Below, piece after piece: positions 31,393-40,081 of a DNA stretch of 64,000 nt. The position numbers and the translations under genes were made by a program. The notes beneath the pieces were generated by a model that saw only the letters and a list, made by a program, of their open reading frames with translations, ran no database searches and was not told where the DNA came from. Within the stretch, counting starts at the first letter, position 1. Each line of letters begins with the position of its first letter. Source of the DNA: a bacterium (lineage in GTDB: Bacteria; Patescibacteriota; Patescibacteriia; JACQRZ01); the NCBI GenBank assembly GCA_030688365.1, contig JAUYIE010000005.1, positions 5,764 to 69,763 of the forward strand, read 5' to 3'.

Positions 31393-32280
31393 CTACTTTT
31401 CAACACTACCGAGTCTATATCCTATTGTTCGTCCCTTCTTACCTTCAGAAAAAAGTACTGTGGGGCCTCCAGCAAAGAACTCAAGTGGCGCAAGTTTTGA
31501 AATCGCTTTGAACAAATCTAAGCTAGTGGAATAAACCAATTTCTCAATTTCAGGATTATACCCATCATAATATACTGCCACCTTTTTGGGACCTTCCAGA
31601 TTTTCACTATCAGGATATTCTTCATTAACTTTATATTTCTCATACCTATCATCCAGTTTTTTAAATACCATACTACGCCTAGCGTAAGAAAAGGAAATTA
31701 TATTCTTTTCTTTATGTAAAGCAATATAGATAGGCAAAAGCATTTGATCATTCTCAATTATCAATGTTGTCTGTCTATCCCCATCACACATCTCCTTAAT
31801 AATGTCATCAGAATTAATGAGATTGTCATTGGGAATTAATTTCAATTTTTCGATTGAGGGTATTTCTATATCTCCTAATTTCTGGTTTATATCCCGCATG
31901 GCTATTCTAATATCTTTATAGGCAACGAGACCAGTTTTTTCTCCACAGTGTTCTTTGAAAACCTCAATTATTTTAGAAGCTTCTATGTCTTTCACGTTTA
32001 TTGCGACATCGAAATTACTAAATGATAGAAACTTCTCCAATTGACTTTCGTGAGACTCATTCTCACGACCCCATAATGTAGCATAAATTTCTGCCATTTT
32101 ATCGGTATCCAAGTCGTCACCATTTAAATATAAATATCTTCCATTGTCTTCAATCACATAATCTCTAACCTTTTCAAGTCTATCTACATACTCCTGCGAA
32201 ACCTCGCCTTCAATTTTCAAACCGTGCTTGTCTGTATCTAATGCATTTACATTATTAGGTTGTTCAAATTTTGGATCCAT
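31393..32280 (-). CDS. Hypothetical protein (AT-rich cargo)
   Basis: 295-aa ORF inside the inverted-repeat-bounded cassette. Confidence 0.65.
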   Translation of the reverse strand: MDPKFEQPNNVNALDTDKHGLKIEGEVSQEYVDRLEKVRDYVIEDNGRYLYLNGDDLDTDKMAEIYATLWGRENESHESQLEKFLSFSNFDVAINVKDIEASKIIEVFKEHCGEKTGLVAYKDIRIAMRDINQKLGDIEIPSIEKLKLIPNDNLINSDDIIKEMCDGDRQTTLIIENDQMLLPIYIALHKEKNIISFSYARRSMVFKKLDDRYEKYKVNEEYPDSENLEGPKKVAVYYDGYNPEIEKLVYSTSLDLFKAISKLAPLEFFAGGPTVLFSEGKKGRTIGYRLGSVEK

Positions 32281-32467
32281 AAAATTTAATATTAATAATG
32301 TTCAGATATTACTATAAAACCTAAACGACTCATGGCCATCATAAAATAATCTTTACTCACACTATGACATAAACTTGTGTTTAATACAACAGTCCTAATT
32401 TGGATTAGCGCAGTCATTTCTTTCTTGCAAACTCTCCTTAAAAAGCATATCGTTAGTAATATAAAAC

Positions 32468-32682
32468 CATGGCGGAAGGGGGGCGTGGGGGGAATTCCGC
32501 CATGTCACCCATTTTAGAATTCCGCGTCTGGATTTTCTTGAAAAAAAGTTCGGATTTCGTTCAGGAGAGACAGGTGTGTGTATATGTCTCCTCTTTCGCC
32601 CCCTTTGGGGGCTTGAGGGTTTTGGAGCCCGCCTGAACCCAACCCCATTTTTTCCCTGAATTCAAAAACAAAATCCCATGGT
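32468..32682 (-). repeat. Recombinase-3'-end repeat, copy 2 (inverted)
   Basis: Reverse complement of copy 1; translates PWDFVFEFREKMGLGSGG...IYTHLSLLNEIRTFFQENPDAEF*. Confidence 0.95.
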
Positions 32683-32758
32683 TTGTTGAAATCCACTTTC
32701 CACCTATGGCGGAAACATCCAAAGCGACATACAACATAATTCATAGCCTCCAAGCGAT

Positions 32759-34324
32759 ATGAATACGTTCTTTCTCTACGCTCGCAAGTCAACAGATGAG
32801 CCAGATCGTCAGATATTGAGTATTGAAGCCCAGATCACCGAGCTTCGCGAATTTGCCCAACGAGAACATCTTGATATTGTGGATACATTTATCGAATCCC
32901 AAACAGCAAAAGAACCGGGGCGTCCCATATTCAACAAAATGCTTGATCTCGTAGAGAAAGGTGGTGCAAATGGAATTTTGGCGTGGCATCCCGATAGACT
33001 CGCTCGCAACAGCGTTGATGGGGGGCGCGTAATTTATCTCACCGACACGAGAAATCTCACTGACCTCAAATTCCCTACCTTTTGATTTGATGCCACGCCA
33101 CAGGGCAAATTCATGCTCAATATCGCTTTTGGACAGAGTAAGTACTATGTGGATAATCTCTCGGAGAATGTGAAACGAGGATTACGGCAAAAAGTACGGC
33201 GTGGTGAACAAGTTGGGCGAGCACCGATGGGATATCTCAATGATCTTGTCGCCAAGAAAATGATACCCGACCCCCTACGCTTTCACCTTATTCACAAAAT
33301 GTTTGAACTGTATGTGACTGGTAATTATTCTTTGAAATCCCTCCGAGAGATTATCTTTGAGAAAGGACTGATGAGTGGAACAGACAAAAAGCTCTCTATT
33401 TCGATGATACAAAAAATACTCACCAATCCGATGTATTATGGTGCCTTTCTTTTTAACGGAGAGCTTTTTGCTGGCACTCATGAGCCATGCGTGTCAAAAA
33501 AACTGTTTGATGGAGTGCAAAGTATTCTGACAAGCAAAACAAACCCCAAGAAGCGAGGCGAGAAGCAGTATCCCCTACGAGGATTGTTTGTATGCGGTGA
33601 ATGTGGGTGCAGTATCACGTCAGAAACGCATAAAGGACATGACTACTATCGATGCACCAAGAAAAGGGATGCAAAATGCTCACAGAAATATATTCGAGAA
33701 GAGCTTCTCGCCCAGCAACTATCAACAATAATTCAAAACGTTTCTTTGCCAAAAGATTGGACGGACAATATACTTGAGCAACTACAAACGGAGAAATCGG
33801 ATACCGCCCAATCTGATGCCCTATTCGCTCAAACAATTAAGGATGAGGTAAAAGTATATGAAAACAAGCTTGATACCTTGCTGGACGCACACCTTGAGCA
33901 ACTCATCACGAGAGAAGAATATACCACCAAGAAAAACAAAGTATTGTCTCAAAAGATGGACTTAGAGCAAAAACTAAAGGATTTTGAGCGAAAGGGCAAC
34001 GCATGGCTCGAACGTACTCGTGCGTTCATAAATGCTTGTATCCAAGCGGAAAATGTCGCTTTGGATGAAAATATTTTTGCAAAAAAAGATTTTCTGAAAA
34101 AACACGGCTCGAACCACCTCCTCACTGACAAAACGGCTTGGGTGGATTTTCTCGCACCATGGGATTTTGTTTTTGAATTCAGGGAAAAAATGGGGTTGGG
34201 TTCAGTTGGGATTCAAAACCTTCACGCCCCCAAAGGGGGCGAAAGAGGGGGCATATACACACACCTGCGGGACATGGACTCGAACCATGATACCATCCTC
34301 CAGAGGGATGTGTCCTACCATTAG
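32759..34324 (+). pseudogene. Large serine recombinase interrupted by an in-frame TGA at 33083-33085
   Basis: YARKST catalytic motif, DRLARN, recombinase domain, Zn ribbon CGECGC..YYRC, coiled coil; both ORF halves share a frame (KFPTF*FDATPQGKFM). Confidence 0.88.
34156..34267 (+). repeat. Recombinase-3'-end repeat, copy 3 (P half, abutting tRNA-Gln)
   Basis: 112 bp, inverted relative to 32571-32682 with about eight mismatches; similarity ends at ...CACACCTG, the tRNA 3' end. Confidence 0.92.
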
Positions 34325-34335
34325 ACGATCCCGCA
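34265..34335 (-). tRNA. tRNA-Gln (CTG)
   Basis: TGCGGGA/TCCCGCA acceptor, CATCC-CTCTGGA-GGATG anticodon arm, TTCGAGT T-loop; no encoded CCA. Confidence 0.93.
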
Positions 34336-34358
34336 GGTCTATGTACATGTTATGACTT

Positions 34359-35441
34359 CTACTCTCGTATACATCCTTTCACAATCGCGACTTCAATAGG
34401 CAGTTGTGGCAAAGAAAACCACCGCGCATCCTTTTGTGCCGCCATCCAATGACTGACAAGCGCGAGGATATCTCTCATGCTAAGCAATGTCGCGAGTTCT
34501 GTGAGACTTTTTTCCGTCGTTTCATCCGTATCCACAAGATTGGTCACATTATTTTTATATAACATGATATTGCGCAAGTACTCTATCATATCCCCCACAA
34601 ACACATCAAGATCAACACCATTGTCAATCAACTCCTGTACGATAGCCAATGCTTGTTCATTGCGCTTATGACTTATCGCATCAGCAAGTCGACGCACAGC
34701 GACGTGATCTGTGCGTGGCAACAGCGCAGAGGCAAAATCGTACGTGATCGTATCCCCCAGTGAAAATATCTGTCCCAGCAAACTTTCTGCATCCCGCTGG
34801 CAACCTTGCGAAAGTCGCACAATCTCATTGATCACCTCTTTTTCAACACTCTTTTTTTCTTTTTTTGCAATAAGCATCAAGCGGGCAAACATCTGCTTGG
34901 CAGGAATCTTTTTAAAATCAAACCGTTCGCATCGGGAAATAATAGTAGGCGGTACCTTATGCAACTCTGTCGTAGCAAGGATAAAAACAACATGAGACGG
35001 TGGTTCTTCAATAAGTTTGAGTAGGGCATTAAAGGCAGAGATGGAAAGCATGTGCACTTCATCAATGATAAACACCTTATTCGTAAGTTGCGTGTGAGCT
35101 ACTTTTGCCGTTGCAATGATGTTATCTCGAACATTATCAACGCCAGTGTTGGATGCGGCATCAATCTCAATAATATCTAAACTTCGATGCTCCAAAATAG
35201 AAAGACATGGTTCACACTCATTGCACGGCTCTGGGACGCCTGTTTTACGTTTGATGCAGTTGATAGCGCGCGCAAACACTCTCGCAGTCGTGGTCTTTCC
35301 CACTGCGCGGGGCCCAGCAAACATGTACGCATGTGCAATACTTCCTCTACTGATTTCGTTTTCCAATGTCATCTTGATGGGCTCTTGCCCTATGATATCG
35401 GCAAACAACTGCGGACGATATTTTCTATAGAGAGCGCTCAT
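34359..35441 (-). CDS. dnaX: DNA polymerase III gamma/tau
   Basis: LYRKYRPQ, GPRAVGKTT, EIDAASN, DEVHML, ISRC. Confidence 0.95.
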   Translation of the reverse strand: MSALYRKYRPQLFADIIGQEPIKMTLENEISRGSIAHAYMFAGPRAVGKTTTARVFARAINCIKRKTGVPEPCNECEPCLSILEHRSLDIIEIDAASNTGVDNVRDNIIATAKVAHTQLTNKVFIIDEVHMLSISAFNALLKLIEEPPSHVVFILATTELHKVPPTIISRCERFDFKKIPAKQMFARLMLIAKKEKKSVEKEVINEIVRLSQGCQRDAESLLGQIFSLGDTITYDFASALLPRTDHVAVRRLADAISHKRNEQALAIVQELIDNGVDLDVFVGDMIEYLRNIMLYKNNVTNLVDTDETTEKSLTELATLLSMRDILALVSHWMAAQKDARWFSLPQLPIEVAIVKGCIRE

Positions 35442-35443
35442 GG

Positions 35444-36322
35444 CTAAAACTTTTTAATAATATTTTCTACCGCAGCCCATTGTGTTGACTTATCCCGAGG
35501 GATCAGGATCACTACTTCATCACCGGGTACGCCTTTGAAATACGTAACGCTGGCAGTCAGCACGCGCCATACCTGTCCTTCGCCTTTTACCACAAACGTA
35601 TGTGTTTCCTCATCTGTTTCCAGTATGCCTATCACTCTGCGACGTGCAATCGGCCCTATTTGTTTATAAATAAACGATCCATTGTGACTAATGGTCAATT
35701 TTAGTATATCACCTTCTACGAGTTTTGATTTGGAGGCATAGTTGGGTGGTATAGAATACTGTTTACCATCCGGCCCGACCATCCCCTGCCCGTCAAACAT
35801 TCCTTCAAGGATATTTCCCTCATCGCCGTTGTTATCAATATGTGCCGGTGCAGTTCCAGGATGAAAAATATGCCGTGTCGTATCAATCGCCATACCAGGT
35901 ACGAGTTGTGAGAGTTGTGAAAATCGTGCAGCATCGTGAGTACCCATAGGTGTACCATCGCTTGCCAACTCTTCACTCAACAAATCAATCGCTTTTTGTG
36001 CGTTCTTTTTTATATCTTCAAGTGTGTGTTTTAAAAGTTCCAAACGCGGGTGTGCAGAGGGTTGTGTTATAGAGGCGGGAGCGACAGGAGTGGACGGATG
36101 AGCTACGGGATCTACAGCATCTGTTGGTTGTATTGTCACTTCCGTGTCGCTTAGCATCTCTTTTTCTATATCAGAAAGCGCATCATCAAGACTTTTTTCG
36201 CTTGGATGTTCAGATGAGACGACACTGGGAGTGGTAGTTGGTAAGGGGGTAGTTGGGGGATCATTAGGTGTTATGTTACCCAGATTTTGCTGTTTCGGAA
36301 AAAACCAGAATGGATCTGACAT
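35444..36322 (-). CDS. Conserved hypothetical protein
   Basis: Disordered N-terminus; C-terminal EGMFDGQGM...YSIPPNYASKSKLVEGDILKL. Confidence 0.7.
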   Translation of the reverse strand: MSDPFWFFPKQQNLGNITPNDPPTTPLPTTTPSVVSSEHPSEKSLDDALSDIEKEMLSDTEVTIQPTDAVDPVAHPSTPVAPASITQPSAHPRLELLKHTLEDIKKNAQKAIDLLSEELASDGTPMGTHDAARFSQLSQLVPGMAIDTTRHIFHPGTAPAHIDNNGDEGNILEGMFDGQGMVGPDGKQYSIPPNYASKSKLVEGDILKLTISHNGSFIYKQIGPIARRRVIGILETDEETHTFVVKGEGQVWRVLTASVTYFKGVPGDEVVILIPRDKSTQWAAVENIIKKF

Positions 36323-36408
36323 ATCTTTTTTCTTTATATTTTAGTCTGTTTTTGTTTATTGTTTTGATCCTAGCATTTTTTACAATGTATTTCAAGCCCT
36401 CTTTTGGT

Positions 36409-38979
36409 CTACTCCTCTTCTCCGCTCTGATCGTCCTCATCTTCATCTTCGTCGTCTGGAGTCTCATGTTTGGCGCGCCGTAAGATTTCACGCTCCACCA
36501 ATTCACGATCTCTCCCATATTTGAGTTGAGATAGCTGACCGATCGCATTTGCGATTTCGTCGTCACCGGCAGTTGGCGCAAACGTACGCATATTAAACGG
36601 GCGCGCAGCCGTTCCATTAATCAGTAAACGCACATACGCGTGTGTACGCTCTATATTTATTACATCAAACTCATTAAACACAGGTGCCATTTGTTTTGCA
36701 ATCAATTCGGCATCATCCACACCCACGCGAAAGTTGACAATCGTTCCTACGTTTCCAAATACTGCATCACGAACTTTGGTATCGCCAGTCTTTGGTGTAA
36801 GTTGTGCAATATATTGATGCCCGATAGTCAAACACAGACGGTATTTACGCGCCTCTGACAAAATAATCGCAATGCTGTCAGTGATAAAATTTTGAAACTC
36901 GTCAATATACAAGAAAAAATCTTGACGTTGCTCCGGATCCGCGATATCACCACGCGACAATGCGGCCATGGTTATTTTACCTACCATAATCAATCCTAAA
37001 AGATACGCGTTAAGATCGCCCAACTGCCCTTTGCTCAATTTCACTAACAAAATCTTTTTTTGATCCATGACCTCGCGCACATTAAATGCGCTTGTCTGTT
37101 GTCCAATGATCGGACGCATGATGTCATTGGATACAAATTGATTCAATTTTGAAGTAATATAGGGCACCATATTGGCAAGAGCCGCTTCACCGCCTGCTTT
37201 TTGCGCTTCCTTTACCCAAAAATCACTCACGACGGAATTTTTACATTTTGACAACTTATATGATCTAAACTCTTCATCAGCCAACACTTTTGAAACTTCC
37301 ATAAGTGTAGACCCTGACTCGGGATCCTCCATGATTAAAAGTAACGCATTACGCAAATATTGTTCAAACATCGGCCCGCCAGTGGCTCGCAAATCATACA
37401 GTTTATCCAAAATCATCACAAACTCATTGATAACGAACGTTTTTTGTTCGGGATATTTCGGATCAAACTCCAAAAGATTCAGCCCCTTAGGACGCTGGTA
37501 ATCAGCAGGATCAAACAAAATCACATCATCAGCTCGCTCCGGTGGTACCAGAGAAAGAATATGATCAACCGCTTCACCATGAGGATCAATAAAGCAACAA
37601 CCTTCTCCATTTTTGATATCCTGAATAATCATGTTTTCCATCAATGTTGTTTTTCCCGAGCCAGTCATACCGATGACATACGTGTGTCTACGACGATCAT
37701 CGCGAAGCATGTGTACTGGCGTTGCCGTACCTCTATATACATTTTCTCCCAACAATACCCCTTCCTGTGGCATATTGACGGGAGGTGGAGCACTGCGTGA
37801 TTTGAGCCAATCAATATTGGGTGTCTCGGTTGTACTTAATGGCAAATGAAAAATACTCGCCAATTCCTCGGCATTTAAAATAAAACAATGACGCGCGTCA
37901 AAATGGCGATAAATTGAATGTTCCACCATTGCTGATTTTGGTATCCTCTTATTTTTAACCAATGCGATATTTGATTCCGGGCCAGTATATTGCGCAAATG
38001 AATTGACTACATTGTATACTTGCATATCTGCCAATTCTTGTGTTTGTGCAGATCCGATAATACGTATATTCACTTGAAAGCCCGCCTTTGATCCTTTTTC
38101 CTCAACTACTTTGACTAATTCTTGTTCTAGAGGAGACATACGATATTCAGGAGAGGGATGTGCCGTGTTTTTACCTGTTGATCTTAATATGTCTACCGTG
38201 GTACCCCCTGCAGTATTTAAAGCACCCCATGCAATATCGCCTATTGAACCGACATGTGCCGCCTGCATCGCCTCTTTAACACTTTTTCCTTTCTGCATTT
38301 CGCGAGCAAATGCTTGTCCTTTTGTGCGCCATCCTCGTGGAGCAGTACGGATAGTCATTTGCAATATGATACCTTGTCCTTGTCCCGCCTTACTCAATGC
38401 GTTGGTCAATGCATTGAGTGGGTCAGAATCCATTTTGCGATACGTCCGTAATGGAAAAACCCAATGCCTGTTCAGCTGCAATGTAGCCGCTGCGACACTG
38501 CCATGCGGTAAAAAAATATTATAATCCGGCGTTTCTTCAATCTGCGCCGAAGGATATTGGGCGAGCAACTGTTGTTCAAAAAAACTTTGCAAATAATCGG
38601 GAACAATAGCAAAAAATTTAATAAGTCCGTCAATGGCGACAATTTCAAATGTAATTTCATCTTCCCGACCCAAAAAAAATGCTTTAAATATATCGCGCGA
38701 TCGCATTCCACCAAGACCTAAATACAGAGATTCAGCAACGGCTACCACTTCTTGATATTCTCCCTTTCCTCCTTTATCTTCTTCTTCTCCCTTTGACCCC
38801 TCCTTAGAAACGCGCAATTGAAAGACTTTTTTATGCAATGCATTGTGCGCAATATGCTGACGAACAAGAATCGCGCGGATTATCATCACAACCAAAACTA
38901 TTACAAGACATATCAGGATTGTCCACCAGAAAGTGGCAAAGAGGATATTGGTGGCAATAAGGTTGCTGATGACGTCCAT
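36409..38979 (-). CDS. TraG/VirD4/HerA-like membrane-anchored ATPase
   Basis: DRRRHTYVIGMTGSGKT, FIDPHG, LYIDEFQNF, SEARKYRL. Confidence 0.85.
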   Translation of the reverse strand: MDVISNLIATNILFATFWWTILICLVIVLVVMIIRAILVRQHIAHNALHKKVFQLRVSKEGSKGEEEDKGGKGEYQEVVAVAESLYLGLGGMRSRDIFKAFFLGREDEITFEIVAIDGLIKFFAIVPDYLQSFFEQQLLAQYPSAQIEETPDYNIFLPHGSVAAATLQLNRHWVFPLRTYRKMDSDPLNALTNALSKAGQGQGIILQMTIRTAPRGWRTKGQAFAREMQKGKSVKEAMQAAHVGSIGDIAWGALNTAGGTTVDILRSTGKNTAHPSPEYRMSPLEQELVKVVEEKGSKAGFQVNIRIIGSAQTQELADMQVYNVVNSFAQYTGPESNIALVKNKRIPKSAMVEHSIYRHFDARHCFILNAEELASIFHLPLSTTETPNIDWLKSRSAPPPVNMPQEGVLLGENVYRGTATPVHMLRDDRRRHTYVIGMTGSGKTTLMENMIIQDIKNGEGCCFIDPHGEAVDHILSLVPPERADDVILFDPADYQRPKGLNLLEFDPKYPEQKTFVINEFVMILDKLYDLRATGGPMFEQYLRNALLLIMEDPESGSTLMEVSKVLADEEFRSYKLSKCKNSVVSDFWVKEAQKAGGEAALANMVPYITSKLNQFVSNDIMRPIIGQQTSAFNVREVMDQKKILLVKLSKGQLGDLNAYLLGLIMVGKITMAALSRGDIADPEQRQDFFLYIDEFQNFITDSIAIILSEARKYRLCLTIGHQYIAQLTPKTGDTKVRDAVFGNVGTIVNFRVGVDDAELIAKQMAPVFNEFDVINIERTHAYVRLLINGTAARPFNMRTFAPTAGDDEIANAIGQLSQLKYGRDRELVEREILRRAKHETPDDEDEDEDDQSGEEE

Positions 38980-38982
38980 AGT

Positions 38983-39468
38983 TTATTCTTTTGTGTTGAG
39001 AAATAATATCTTCTCGGCTTTAATTTTTGCTTCCTGTTCCAAAAAATACTGATTCACTCGCGGAATAAGCAACAACCATCGTCGGATCAATGATACGAGG
39101 TAATCAATTTTTACCTTCACGTGAGCTAAAAGATATTCAATACGTGAAGCAGTCAGCTCACCCTGTTGGCGAAAGGTCAACTGACGATCTGGTTCAAGCT
39201 CTAAATACAAAGAACGAAGATCTTCTTCAAGTATCTTCTCTATGTTATGTCGGAGGGGAGATTTTGTTGTGGCTACCAACGCTGTTTGTTGTGAAGCAAC
39301 CGGCACGATCGCCGTAGGAGGCGACTCTTGATTTACTGACTGTTTTTCTTGTTGCGGTATCTCTCGTTCATCTGCCTTTTCTTGTTTTGGTATCATCAAT
39401 TCAGGCGTTGGCATTATCTCCGGTATTTGAAATGTCTTTTCACCCACGGGGCGAGCGGAATCAGGCAT
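38983..39468 (-). CDS. Conserved hypothetical protein
   Basis: IEKILEEDL...FRQQGE...FLEQEAKIKAEKI. Confidence 0.65.
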   Translation of the reverse strand: MPDSARPVGEKTFQIPEIMPTPELMIPKQEKADEREIPQQEKQSVNQESPPTAIVPVASQQTALVATTKSPLRHNIEKILEEDLRSLYLELEPDRQLTFRQQGELTASRIEYLLAHVKVKIDYLVSLIRRWLLLIPRVNQYFLEQEAKIKAEKILFLNTKE

Positions 39469-39483
39469 ACACTAATGACTTAT

Positions 39484-40005
39484 TTACTTCACTTCCTTTC
39501 GTCGCATTAAAAGCATAGCGAGTATGGGACCAAGCATCCAGATAGAGCGGGAAAGAGATGAAGTAAAAAATTGAGTTGAGATCGCACTGTTAATTGATTC
39601 TTGTGGTAAAAACATCAATACACTACTCATCAACAAACCTACTTGCAATGCACTTAACAAAATACCGTGAATCCATGAATGTCCTCCTTCTGCACGCAAT
39701 GCCATATTGTGAGAAAATAAAACATACAACAACAAAAAAGTGCCGACAAAAATGCCAAGCTGATACATGAAAAATTGCGATGGCTGAACCGCCGCAAGCC
39801 AATCTTTGATTGCAGGGGTGAGCATGGTAACCGACAATGCGGAATAAATACTGATAAGCACTACCGTCAATCGTTCACGACTGGCAAAGAATGAATATAA
39901 AATCACTGCCAGAATATAAAACAAGATTAAAAAGGTATCCCAGCTAGGATTACTAAGATTAACAAACGACGAATCAACATTTACATTTACAAATGATGCA
40001 AGCAT
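39484..40005 (-). CDS. Hypothetical membrane protein
   Basis: Multiple TM helices; operon context. Confidence 0.65.
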   Translation of the reverse strand: MLASFVNVNVDSSFVNLSNPSWDTFLILFYILAVILYSFFASRERLTVVLISIYSALSVTMLTPAIKDWLAAVQPSQFFMYQLGIFVGTFLLLYVLFSHNMALRAEGGHSWIHGILLSALQVGLLMSSVLMFLPQESINSAISTQFFTSSLSRSIWMLGPILAMLLMRRKEVK

Positions 40006-40081
40006 GGAAATAGTAACTCTCTTTCGTTATACATACAGTATACCACGAACAAGAAATATTATGGACAATGATATCCACACC

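Larger units (their letters stand above)
30199..34335. mobile_element. tRNA-Gln-anchored serine-recombinase island with dinD cargo
   Basis: Recombinase, three related repeats, cargo genes and tRNA at the boundary; left boundary uncertain. Confidence 0.75.

Noticed and set aside
33083-33085. Genome-wide TGA recoding (code 25 or 4)
   Set aside because: Genes such as mraZ and dinB end in TGA, other long genes have no internal TGA, and this site corresponds to Trp rather than Gly
30199-34267. CRISPR array or IS terminal repeats
   Set aside because: The repeats are 110-210 bp, only three copies, with no spacers, cas genes or DDE transposase
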